Below are positions 25,090 to 38,744 of a DNA stretch of 63,550 nt, in pieces (position 1 is the first letter of the stretch; every line of letters begins with the position of its first letter). The notes under the pieces were generated by a model, which worked only from the letters and a program-made list of their open reading frames with translations, made no database searches and had not been told where the DNA came from. A program made the position numbers and the translations under genes. Origin of the DNA: Octopus bimaculoides (taxonomy: Eukaryota); contig NC_068993.1 in the NCBI RefSeq assembly GCF_001194135.2, positions 17,126,073-17,189,622 of the forward strand, read 5' to 3'.

Positions 25090-28000
25090 ATAAAACAGTC
25101 TGAGATAAACAGTTAAATTGTCCCACTATTTGATGATGGCCAACACAAATGACTACAATATTGGAGGTCATTGCTGCAAAAGGATAGCAGCACTTGGACT
25201 GCAAATCTAATACCTGAAGAATCTTAAGAAAGCAAAACTACAAGCAAGAATACAATATATATAATTCTGATTTGAAGAAAGGACAGAGGAGAATAATTCA
25301 GTGTATTAGACAGTGATTCTTAATTATGAACAAAAAGGGAGAGAAGTAAAAGTGAGAGAAATAGTGTTGGTTATAGTGAAGGCAACATGGTGATTGAAAG
25401 AACTAAAATGGGTAACCTGGTGTTTTATAGCCAAAAGAGAGACAGCAAATGGAGATAAGTAAGAAGTACAAGAATAATCTTAAAAGATTGTGAGGGTTTA
25501 TGCATGTGTAAGTGTGTGTATGTTTACATGTTATTGGTATTTAGAACAAAGCATAATAATGTGTGTAGTACATGAGTAGTGTCTATGATAGAGAAACAGG
25601 ATATTTATGATTGAGAACACCACCATAAACAATGAGATGCAGGGAGGTGTAGCCTAGATAACTGAAGTGACCAGCTACAGGTTAGAGTGATCCAGTTTGT
25701 GTTGGATGCCCTTGAATGATCTGCGAAATGTAGGTGCTCCCTTAAATGATCTGTTATTTGCCAACCATTCTCTCCTAGCTGCTGAGTTGGCATTTCATGC
25801 AATAGACTATGTCTTTGTAGATACAGGTGAAACAGCAATATGGAAGAAAGAGTTACGTTTAAATAGTGTAATGGTATTCTGGATGAAGGGACAGGCATTG
25901 CAACTGCAGCAAGCAAAGGATTCTGGTTAAGTGTGGCAAAAACTGAAGGAACTATGGACTAGAATGTCATGCAGATAGTAGTAGTCACATCTGACGGAAG
26001 GGAGAAATGTTCAAGAAGATGTGAAAGAGACAGAAATTTTATAAGATTGTGTGCTGGGGAGTTCAGGTGTTAGATAATAGACAAAGAGAAAGAGAATGCA
26101 GCTAGTGGTGAGTTTAATTTCAGGTAGGAGGGTAGGAGTGCAATGAATAGTTCAAACACGATGGTGGTCAGTATCATAGTACACCATATGATACAACTGT
26201 TAATCAAAATTGGAATCTTGGTTAAAGAGGCAGCAGGAACATAGAAATTGTAAGTAGTGGGTAGTAGATTTAGTCAGAGTAAGAGTTAATAGTCAATGGT
26301 TTGTAAAGATGGAAGTAAAAAAGGCTGGAATTATTAATAGAGACAGGGACGTGCAGAAAGTTAGGAGAGGGTGGTGGAGTTGATAAAAGCAATGAAGGTG
26401 TAGAGCTGTCCTCATTCTGCTGTCAATCTTTTGACTGTAAAACACCAATCTACTTCTGTCATATGCATTTGTATTTTTCTCTTCATCATAATGCTTTTGC
26501 CTATAAACAATACTGCTTTTCATGTCACATTTTTTTGTCTACCTCCTGTCTTTCATTCCCTTCAAAGGATCACTATCCAAAACTTTGACATATTTTTGTT
26601 ATTTTTTAGTCTTTCATGAGACTCTTTGCCTATTCCATTACTATACTGATGTAGACCACCCAGATAACCACTACAAGTCTAATTTTGTTAGCTATTATCA
26701 TGCTGTAGGTTTTTGTAACAAGATTACAATTTACATACACCAAAAGTTCCCTGTTTGATCTTTTATCAATTTAGATTTAAGAATTCTCTCCCTTACTTTT
26801 CTTGACAAGAATTGTCATTTATGCTACTGATTTCTTTTCTCATGTGAAGTGTAATTTCAAATTATTAAAATTGAAATTAGACTGTATTATGTTAATTATA
26901 TGTGCAGAAACAGCATCTCTGAATATTTAGTTAACTTACCCACTCTCTCTCTTTCATACAGACACATACTTACACATTTATTACAAGATTGACAATACCA
27001 TTTAATGATAAAGTCAAGCCCAGTATTGTAAATCCTAAAATAAATGATATTTCTATACCTGAGACTTAGAGACTACGCTTTAGTTATTGTACTCTTAAAC
27101 AGTTCAAGTCAAACTATAGAGTGAGGATTTTGTAGCCATAATCTATGGGAAGATGTATTTATTTTAGAACTACCAACAAAACACTCATTTTACAATACTA
27201 CTGCTTAGAGTAATAAGCTATATCTCTACCCAGTGGTATTTGCTTACAGCTAAGTGGTCACAGACTGTGTGGAGTAGAGTTAAATATTTTGACCATAAAC
27301 AAAGTACAATTAGATACTGGCAGAACACAAAATATTAAACTATTTGCCATCTGCATGTTACGGCCAACCAAAACGTTATAAGTTATAACGACAAATGTGC
27401 CAGTTGATCCAATCAATGGAACTGTCTGCTAGTGAAAGTGAAAGTGGCTGAGAACTCCAGAAACATATATATACCCTTAATGTAGTCCTCAGGGAGATAC
27501 AGCATGACATAAAATATGACAAGGCTAGCCCTTTGAATTACAGGTACAACTTATTTTTGCCAACTCAGTGGACTGGAATACCGTGTAAAAAAAGTGTCTT
27601 GCTCAATGACACAATGCACTGCCTGGAATTGAACTCATGATCATATGATTGAGAGCCAAATACACTAGCCACTACGCCACCTAATTTTCACACTGTATCT
27701 GACAATAAATCCTGTCAGTTTAACCCTTTAGTATTCAGATTATTTTTCCCAAATTTAATGCTTATTTATCCACATTGTTCTGAATTAATCGTGCATTATC
27801 TAATAGCTTTGAGATTTTAATGATGAGGTAGTTTATTTCTAGAATGACATTGTAGGATAGGTATGAGAGGTCAGAGCTGGCCAATTTGAACATAAATTGA
27901 ACAGGTCAAATATTTGGGCCAGATACAACCTGTTTAAATGGTAAAGGGTTGATTAAAACAAATTTGAAAGTTCTTTGTCCATTTTCATAAAACGTAGAAA

Positions 28001-31000
28001 AGGCTTTTGTTCTTTTGTCCTTTTTTATTTTCTTCCACTTTATGACTCTTTCCTCTTGTAATTCCATATTTCCAATTGTTATTTTTTTTAAGTTGACACC
28101 TAGTATGTACCACCTTTTTTTTTTGGTTTGCATAACAATCTGGATATTCCACCTTTGCCCTTCTTTCCACAGGTTTTTGTCTCATAGCGCTGGATAAATC
28201 TTGTAGGTTTTTCTTTTGGTTTTTTTTTTCATCCACTTTTTCAAATTCTAATCTTAATTTTTTTTTTTTTAAATCTTTATTGTGATTACTTAGTTTACTT
28301 ATTTTGTTTTAGTGATATCATTTATTAAATTACATGCTGTATCAAAAGCTTGGCATATTTGATTTTATAGTTAAGCAAAATAGTCTGCTCTACTAGTTTA
28401 ATATAGCAAATCTGATTGCATTTGAATCTTGAATGAAAATTTACTAAAGGTTTTCTCTATTTTGCATTTTTTTTTTCTATTCATCATAATCATTATCAAC
28501 ATCATCATAATCACCATCGTCATTATTATTATTATTATTATTATTATTACATTGGAATTTTTTTTCTTGTATTTAACTTTAAATTCTATATTCTAATTTG
28601 GAAATGTTTGGTTAATTGCTTTTCAATTTGGAACAGTTATACATTATGCAAATATTTATTTAGTAAAAACACCATTCATACTTTAAATATCATTATTGGT
28701 TATTACCAAGTTAACATGAGAATGTCTTCTTTTTATCATTTAATTCACAAAGAAAGGGGATATTTTATAACTTTAATATAAAACATGTCAAACAGGTATA
28801 AAACTTGTCTTTTAATTACATTAAACTCTTATCCTTCCATCCAGAAACTATATATAACTTTGTAGGATAATTGTCTCTTTCTCTTAAATGTGAAATTATG
28901 ATTTCTCTGAGAATACTCACAGCATCGCAGTTTGCTATTTGCTGCTTTCTCACTTTTTGAGGAAAACAGAGTACAAATGGATGAAACAGCAAGCCATTAA
29001 ATATCTCTATTTTCTGTTGAAAGTCCTTAATCATCATTCACAGTGAGTGAAGAGCAATGAAGAACTGTGAAGTCCATACCTTTTCACCCCAAAAGCATTA
29101 TTATATGATTGAAGGTGAAATAGTTACCACTTCAATTCAAAATGCAGTCAAGAGTTCACCTTTACATGGTGCTTATTTTCACTTTACAACACTTACTTCA
29201 TATGCACACAGATGGTGGAGCTCATTTTCAGATGGAGCAGCCAAATATTGTTCAAATTACACCCTGCCACCTCAAGTAGTTTTTGGGTATACTAAAAGAC
29301 AGGGTGGCCATAGTTGGAACACCTTTGATTATAGATCTGCTCAACCAGGGCAGGCCTGAGTCTAAAACAACAAACTTAGCAAATACACATACAACTTAGA
29401 TTTACTTTGCTTGCTCTCTCTCTCCCACCGTCCATCTCTCATATTTCTCTTCTACCTTTTGTTTCAGTCAGTAGACTGTGGCCATGCTGGGACATTGCCT
29501 TGAAGAATCAACCCCAGTACTTTTGGGGTGGGGGGGAGGTATTTAAGCCTGGTGTCACGCAGTGGTGGAGCTGCCCAGAAGCATGTGATTGGAACACACA
29601 CTTCTTACCACACAGCCATGCCTGCATCCATGTATATCTACACTTTATGTATTTTTCCCTCACACTTACAACTATAGTGGAATTAAGGTTACATACTTGT
29701 AAGTTGTGTGTGTGTGCATTTGCAAATGATGAATATATAGGTCAGTTATTCTGAATGTGGATAAACCTGTCCCTTCCATCCTATAGGATTGATACATTAT
29801 GGAAAGCATATCAGTGAAAGTATTACTAATTAAATGTTGAGTTTATTGTTACCCCTTTGAAATGTGTGATTATTATCTTCTACATTGGTCTGTGATCCAG
29901 TTTACTGAATGAGGTTGTAGGATAGGGGATCACTGGGGGGGGGGGGGCATGGTAGAATAAGGTTGTTGTTGTTGTTTAATCCTAGATCAACTGTGATCGA
30001 GCAGACTAATGGTCAAAATATTGAACATCTGATCTTTTACTTATACCAGTGACTATATTGTTGAACATGTCCATTATTTACATTTGATGGATGTTTGTCC
30101 TCATCTTATTTGTTGTTAACACAATGTTTCGGTTGATATACCCTCCAGCCTTCATCAGGTGTCTTGGAGAAATTTCGAACCTGGGTTCTCATTCTTTAGG
30201 TATTTTTCGATGAGAACCCAGGTTCGAAATTTCCCCAAGACACCTGATGAAGGCTGGAGGGTATGTCAGCCGAAACGTTGTGTTAACAACAAACAAGATG
30301 AGGACAAATATCCATCAAATGTAAATAATAGACATAATTCCTCATCTCTTAAATATAGAACTGTATGTTCATTCTTTGTTGAAGACAATTGGATATGTTT
30401 TTTTTTTTTCATTATAAACTAAAGATGTGGTATTAGCATATTTTGTGTTATTTTATTAGTTATCTTCCTGTAACTTGAGGATATCCCTCAACACATCTTT
30501 ATCTCTTTATCACCATCTCTCTTTTCCAATTGTATCTCTCTCCTACAAAAAGTCACTTGTTTCTGTCATGTTTTAACTTTCTCATTACTTAATATAATGC
30601 CGCTTTCCTCAATACTATTCTCCACTCAATTGAGGAGCCTTGTCTTGTGAATTTCTTGGTGACCTAACTGGTGCTGGTGCTACATAATAAAAAAACACTC
30701 AGTATTTTCTCTGTAAAGTGGTTGGTGTTTGGAAGAATATCCAGCCATAGATACCATGCCAAATAAAACATTGGAACTTCATGTTCCCTTTTGGTTCACC
30801 AGCTCCTGTTGAACTATTCAACCCATGCCATTTTTGGAAAATGGACATTAAATGGTTATGATGTATATATTCTTTGGCGCTTTAGCAATCAAATTACTCT
30901 ATCAAATGTAATACTTATTTATTAACATTATTTTGAATTAGTCATGCATTGTCTCATAGTGTTGAGGTTTCAATGATGTAATTGTACATTTTTAGAATGA

Positions 31001-34000
31001 CATTATAGGGTAGGTGTAAGAGGCCAGATATGGCCAGTTTGATGCTAAATGATTAAACTTGCCTCTTCTGTCTTATTGATGCTGTTTCAGTATAAGAATT
31101 TATACAATATTCCATAAAATGTTATTTGTATGTATGACAGTAAATGAATTTATTTTTAATAAAATAACATCAAAATAGGTTAATTATCAAACAAATTTCC
31201 CTTTATCCTATTTACATCCTCAGTTCTGTAATGTATGCTATATAAATAATCCTTCATCTTAGAAATAGGTTAATATTATTATAAAGAACAACATCATCCA
31301 AATCTCCTAAAACTAAAAATCTGAGGTATGTTTCTCTTTGAATACTACATTCATTGGGAGGTGGGGTGGGAGTGGGGTATTGTTGGTTTTATTTTTATGG
31401 TTTCATTTACCGTTTTTATTTTTTATTACTTTTCATCTAATTAAGTTGTGTATGCCTGAGAGAGAGAAAAAAGGAGATGTACACATGTGTGTATATGTAT
31501 GTATCTGTGTATAGATATATAAACACATATATGCATGTATATATGTATGTATGCATATACATATGCATGCGTACACTCACACAAACACTTTCTTCTCTTA
31601 AGGAAAACATACAGATAGATATTAGACATTAGAAGCTCTAATTTCAGACCAAATAAAAAAACAGAAACCAATATTGTGAGAGAAATTAATCACAGTCTCC
31701 ATGTAATTTTATTCTTTTAGCAACATATAAGGTTGCATTAAGTGACTGATGGCTTTCTTATCTATTTAGAATCCAATGTTTAGTGTTATGAGAGAAGAAA
31801 TGTCATGAGAATTCTACCTGTAGACACTGTGGCAATTTCATTTAAACAAACATGTGATCTCTAAAGAACTGCATAGAATTCAGAGATTAAAAACCAGCCA
31901 ATATTTCACAATTCACCAAACATACACATATGTATTTGCAAACAGTTAAATAAGCACTCAAATACAGATATATTAAAATTCACATACACAGGTACCATAT
32001 GCATTCACTTCTGTAATTGTGAACCAGCATTGAAGCCTCTATATTCAATCTGCTACAAATAGCAGTAAAACCTTCATCAGATGATGTCTTCTTGTCTGAA
32101 AAAAAGAACGCATTAGATAGATGATACAATCCCCAAAATGGCAAGATAATTTTAACTGGAATACCTTCTCGATCAGTTTAACCTGAGGCTTAGCAACTAC
32201 TTCTGCAACCCTTTCATGACCATATTTCTAATGAAACATATCTTTTGTTTTTGGGGGTTTTTTTTTAGCTTATTCTGAAAATAATCAAGAATTAGAATAA
32301 TTTAGTTAAAATAACTTTCTCGTTTTTCAACTGTTTTTTCAAAGGTTTTAATATAAAATTATGAATGAATCTATTAACTTAAAATTCAGAGTCTTACACA
32401 CCCTCAGGTGTGAAATGATCACACCTGAAATGTCTTTGATCGTATCAGCTTAATCAGGACTCATCTGAGGCCAAATCTTACCCTTCTGTAGTTTCTCACC
32501 ACCACTACTTCTCTCTGAATATAAATCTCATTTTTTTATGCTTCTTACCACTACGTTTTTCTAAATATTTTTGCCTTTCTATAGCCTCCTTCCCACTTAT
32601 GGACTTAACTGCTGCTTTTCCAGAACTCACTGTCTAACGACCACCATGATCAAAGGTATTCCAACCGTGACCATCCTGTCATTTCAGACATAAGTGCAGG
32701 TGTGGCTGTGTGAACCACATGGTTCCAGGTTCAGTCACACTGCATAGCATCTTGGACAAATGTCTTCTGCTATAGCCTTGGGCCGACCAAAGCCTTGTGA
32801 GTGGATGTGGTAGACGGAAACTGAAAGAAGCCTGTCGTATGTGTGCGTGTGTTTGTGTTTATACCCCACTACCACTTGACAGCCAGTGTTGGTGTGTTTA
32901 CTTCCCTGTAACTTAGCGGTTCAGCAAAAGAGACCAATTGAATAAATATCAGGCTTAAAAATAAAAAAAAAACTGTTGGGGTTCAATTCATTCAACTAAA
33001 AATTCTTCATGGCAGTGCTCCAGCATGGCTATGGTCTAATGAGTGGAACAAGTAAAAGATAAGAGATAAGTGTTATGATCTGTAATGAGCCCCAAGACTT
33101 GCAAAACCAGAGCTTAACCTGTTTTCTTTGGCTACAACACATCCCACTGGACAGGATGCCAGTCCATTGCAGGATTAACTTCCCAGGTATTGCTGGAACT
33201 CATTTACACCTGCCACTAACTGGAGCAACATGAAATGAAGTATTTTGCTCAACAACACAGCACACTGCCCAATACAGGAATTGAAACCACAATCTTACAA
33301 TCACGATTGCAGTACCTTATCCACTAGGCCATGCACCTTCACAAACATAAGTATATCCAGGGTCACATTAATCAATGTAGCTTTCTTTTTCTTTAATCTT
33401 TTAGCATTTAAGCCAACCACATCTGACCCAAACTTTTTTACATTCAAACTGGCTGTATCTAGCCTCTCGCACCTAACCTGTAAAATAAACAAAAAGCTAT
33501 AAGATACTGCATGGTTAATTCAAAACAATTTCAATAAAAAACGCTTTACATTTAACAGAATAATCTGAACACTAAAGGGCTAAGAAGGTAGGGCAAGAAT
33601 TCGTTGTTATTTCTAGCTGATTAAGTGATCTCATACAATCACCTTCTGTTGGTTTACTGATGGTTATTGGTAGGTTTGAAACACTTCTAACAGCATAATA
33701 TTATTTATATTCTATGTTCTTCTGCTTCATTGAAATATATTCCAATTTTTATTTATTCTGTGTTAAATCATTTTCATTATCCTTATTTTTTTTTATCATG
33801 ACACCCAGTACATTGTATTGAGTGGTTGGCATTAGGAAGGGCATCCAGCTGTAGAAACCAAGCCAAAGCAGACTGGAGCCTGGTGTAACTCTCTGGCTTA
33901 CCAGTTTCGGTCAAACTACTCTTGCCCATGCCAGCATGGAAAATGGACACTAAATGATGATGATGATGATGATGATGATGATTGCAGGAATTGTTAGAAT

Positions 34001-36932
34001 CAGACAAATACCTTATGGTAATTGGTCTAGCTCCTTATATCTTGAGTTCAAACCCCACTGAGGTCACCTCTGTCTTTCATCCTTCTCTGTGTGTGTTGGT
34101 GGTGGAGGGGAATAAAATATTGTACCAGTCAAATGAATTTTCACAAAATTCTTGGCCTCATGCCAAAATTAGAAACAAATATTTTTATTATGGCAGCAAG
34201 CTGGCAGAATCATTAGTATGCCAGACAAAATGCCGTGGCATTTTGTCACTCTCTACATTCTGAGTTCAAATTCACCCAAGGTCATCTTTACCTTTTATCG
34301 TTTCAGGGTCAGTAAAGTAAGTGCTAATTGAATGCTTGGGCCTATGTAATTGACTGTTCCCCTCCCTCAGTTTTTCAAGCCATGTGCCTATAGTAGAAAG
34401 AACTATTTTTGTTGTTCTTATTATTACTATTATTATTATGAAAGATAGAACAAAATAAACATATCAAGCTGTGTAAAAAAGAAAACTGCTCTAACAACAT
34501 AGGAAGGATAGAAATCTTTTTTTTCTTTTTAGCCCCGTTCCATCCATACTGACATGGTAGGAGTGACATGGAAGAGCTTGGTATGAGGGGAGATAGTGAG
34601 AGGGAAGAGGAGTGGCAGAGTTTGTTAAAGGATCCAGGTCAGTTGAAATGGCAGGGAGTGGTGGAAAAGGGCCATGAGAGGTGAGAGAAGGGAGAATGCC
34701 AAGTCAACTGTAGGAACACATATTCACACACACAGACATACATTGTGCAGAAGAATGCAAAGAATGTAAAATACTAAACATTTTAATTGAAAATCAACAT
34801 TGTTCTAGGATAGTACTATAGATATTATCTTATAAATATGCATCATCACTGCAAATAGATTATAAAAAGATATTGTTTATGATTTGTCTTTTTTTTTGTC
34901 TGCATGATCGTTTTTTTTTTTATGCTTCTTATCCTCCCTCCTCACTGCTAGCATGTTTATGTAATCTTAAAGTCTGATTGTAGTTGCCAAGATATGGTTG
35001 GCTTCAGTCTAATGTTCAGTAAAGTGTTGTTACTTTGTAGAATCCAGCATTAGATTGTTGTCATGTGAATTTCTACATATCTGTGTTTAAGGACCAACAA
35101 AACCTCTTTCCTCTACCCCTTCAATATCTCTATCAACCATTAAAGTGCTGTTGTCTTACAGAATTCAATATTCATGTCATGTAAACTTATGTGTTTATGT
35201 TTAAGGGTCAACAAATTCTCTTTCCTTTATCCCCACTGTAATCCAGTTAAATATTGTCCCCACAGTACTCCAGTTAAATGTTCTCCCTACAGTAATCCAG
35301 TTAAATGTTGTTAACTTAAAGAATATAATATTTTTGTATTATGTGAACTTATGTTTGTGTTTAAGAAACAATGAAACTTCTTTCATATCCATCACTCTAC
35401 ATTCTCACTGTATTCGAGTAATGTTGTTGTTGAACACTGTTCAGTATTAGACCCATTATAGCATACACACACACACACACACACTCATGTTGGAGACATG
35501 CAAAAGGCACCCAATGCACTCTGTAAAGTGGTTGGCATTAGGAAAGCCATAGAAACCGAGCCAAAACAGAAGACTGGAACCTCTTGCAGCTCTCTGGCTT
35601 ACCAGTCCCAGTAAAACCATTTAACCCATGCTAGTATGGGAAATGGATGTGTGGTGGCTGTAGTTGTGGTGGCAGCAGTGGCAACAATGATGATGACACA
35701 TATATGTGCACATGCACATGACAAATTGTTACCATATAAATTACAAAAACAGTGAAATAAATTTTACGGATTGAGAGAGAAGAGATGTCTCAGTGTTTCA
35801 AGCAGTTGTCCTTATTCGGGAGACAGAGAGTGTATGAATGGTTGGAAAGATACAAGGAGCGGAGAACAAGTAAGAAATGGTGTTAATAGCCTGGAAGCTG
35901 TAAATAGGGAAGGAAATACAGTATGAGGGATAAGTTAGGAGAATGTAGGAGAGGATCATGGTTAGTAGAAATGGTAGGGAGGTGGTGAGGGTCCTGGGAG
36001 GAGAAAGGAGATGGTAGTCACAGATTATTATACATTTCTGCCGATCCCTACTCTAGGTTATTTTGTTATTATAATTCTTAACATTCCTTACATTTTTTAA
36101 ATTCTTTAGTCTGACCCCGCCTTCCTTGACTCCTTTCAACTTGCATTTCTCTGCTTAGCTCCCTATTTTATCTACATTCTTCTGCACAATGTATGTTCGT
36201 GTGTGTGAATATGTATCCAGGTTATATATTGTCTTGGCATTCTCCATTCTCCCACTGCTCATAGCCCTTTTCCACCACTCCCTGCCATTTCAACTGACCC
36301 AGATCCTGTAACAAACTCTGCTACTCCTCTTCGCTCTCACCATCTCTCCTCATACCAAGCTCTCCATGTCACTCCTACTTTATTTACTTCTTCATTGTCA
36401 GTTTTAAACCTAACCAGCAATACTTAAAAAAAAAGAGAACAAGAGCTTGTGTTCAAAATGTTAGACCTCTTCCTCACTACATAGAATTTAATCCACTGTT
36501 TTTATTATTGTTATTATTATTAAGGCAATGAGCTGGTAAAATTGTTAGCACACTGGACAAAATGCTTACTGGTATTTTGTCTGTCTTTACTGCTGAGGTT
36601 GACTTTGCCTTGTATCCTCTCGGGGTCAATAAAATAAATACCAGTTGAACATTGGGGTTGATGTAGTCAACTTACCTCTCCCTTAAAATTGCTGGCCTTA
36701 TACCAAAAATTTGAAACCATTATTATTAATATTAAGGTGGTGAGCTGGCAGAATCATTAGTATGCCAGGCGAAATGCTTAGCAGTATTTCTTCTGGGTTC
36801 AAATTCCACTGAGGTCGACTTTGCTTTCATCCTTTCAGGTCAGTAAATTAAGTACCAGTGAAACACTGGGGTTGATGTAATCAACTAGTCCCCTCCCCCA
36901 AAATATCAGGCTTTGTGCCTTTAGTAGAAAGG

Positions 36933-36980
<48 letters not shown>

Positions 36981-38703
36981 GTGGCAAGCTGGCAGAATTG
37001 TTAGCACACTGGACGAAATGCTTCACAGTAGTTGGCCGATCACTCTGTGCTGAGTTCAAATTCCCCCAAGAACAACTCTACCTTTCATCCTTTCAGGGTC
37101 GATAAAATAAGTATCGATTGAACACTGGGATCGATATAATTGACTCATCCCCTCCCACAAAATTGCTACCCTTGTAGCAACATTTGAAACCATTATTACT
37201 ATTATTATTATTATTATTATTATTATTAAGGTCGATTGTAAAGTGGTTGGTGTTAGGAAGGGCATCCAACCTTGCTAAAGCAGACAGTACTAGCTCTTGT
37301 CAAATTATCCAACTCATGCTTGCATAGAAGACAGACATTAAATGATGATAATGATGATGATAAGATTATAAGATGTCAGAATCATTAAGCATATTGAACA
37401 AAATGCTTTGTAGCATTTCTTCCAGCTCTTTATATTCTGAGTTCAAATTCTGTCAAGACTGACTCAGCCTTTTATCCCTTTTAAGTCAATAAACACCGAG
37501 ACTTCCCCCTCCTTTCTAGCCTTGTGTCTATAGCAAAAAGAATTATTTGCTTTACTTTTTGCTAATTGGAACAGTACTGGCTTCCTCAGATTCTACTGAT
37601 GTACTTCAGGATATAACATAATACATACTTACATGTGTTGTAGTTGAAATATTAAGTTGTATATTTAAGCCTATTATATTTTAATACTCTACAACCATCA
37701 AAAGCTTTATCTTCATGTAGTTTATCAAAAGACAAACCAGCGTGTCCTTCACTGGATCCATTATTTTATCCAGAAATCATAGACATGAGGAATTAACAGA
37801 GTGAAATATTAACAACACAATCAGAAATTGAACCTCAAACTCAGTTTGCTGAGAGCTTGTTACCACTCCACCATTCTCAGTCATATTAATTAATATACAT
37901 ATAAATTAATGTGTAATCAATGTTTTATCTATTATGTTTGAGGCAAGAAGCTATTGTGTAGAACATGTAGTTCCTGCTAGTATTCTTTGTCATGTGCTTT
38001 CACTAGAAGTGTTTCATTCTGTGGTAGTTGATGCTGCCTTCATTATTATACTCTAGCAACATAAGCAGCTGATATGATTGTTCTTGTATATAATCTGTCA
38101 ACGTATTTCTCCCTTCTATAACAAGTATTGTCTATCGTAGTGTGAAATTCAAATGAAAATGTTCTTAATCATAAATGAGAGAATGTTAAGTTGTTGAATA
38201 GGTCTTTCTTATATATAGAATAATAATAAATGGAGCAAAACGCATATAATCAATAAGTTCCTTTAATTCTTACATATGTTTCAAAAATTATATGCACTCT
38301 ACTCCCAAAGAAGTAAGAGATGCTGGTATATACATATAATTTCATCATCAAGGAACCATATTACAAATGCAAGACTTGCGCTGAATGCTCTTTTTCATTC
38401 AGCGCAAGTCTTGCATTTGTAATATGGTTCCCTGATGGTGAAATTATATGTATATACCAACATCTCTTACTTCTTTGGGAGTAGAGTGCATATAATTTTT
38501 GAAACATATGTAAGAATTAAAGGAACTTATTGATTATATGCGTTTTGCTCCATTTATTATTATTCTTTATATCAACTCAAAATACATCACTTTAACATGG
38601 AATTTCTACCCATTAACCAGGTTTAATATCCCAGTTTTTGTGTGATTTTTTGCTACCCTGGTAACTATTAACATATTTGCGTTATCAAAGTTTTTCAACC
38701 AAG

Positions 38704-38744
<41 letters not shown>

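Larger units (their letters stand above)
30073..30366. mobile_element. Fold-back element with 120-bp inverted arms (30073-30192 / 30210-30329), probable Penelope-like pLTR derivative
   Basis: 6 mismatches between the arms by my count. The right arm extends beyond the palindrome. Both arms carry the H1 hammerhead, and there are related copies at 17.8-18.2 kb and 42.75-42.96 kb. Confidence 0.7.

Noticed and set aside
25300-26430. Possible old minus-strand LINE endonuclease region
   Set aside because: Too degraded, and I could not recover a convincing motif.
28816-29359. Adjacent 73-aa (minus) and 100-aa (plus) ORFs in non-repeat-looking sequence
   Set aside because: No recognisable domain or splice signals, and extending the minus frame meets many stops.
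38330-38460. CUGAUGA-U-GAAA reconstructable from the two arms of the long palindrome
   Set aside because: There is no stem II, stem I does not pair, and neither arm has the full core, so a hammerhead cannot be supported.
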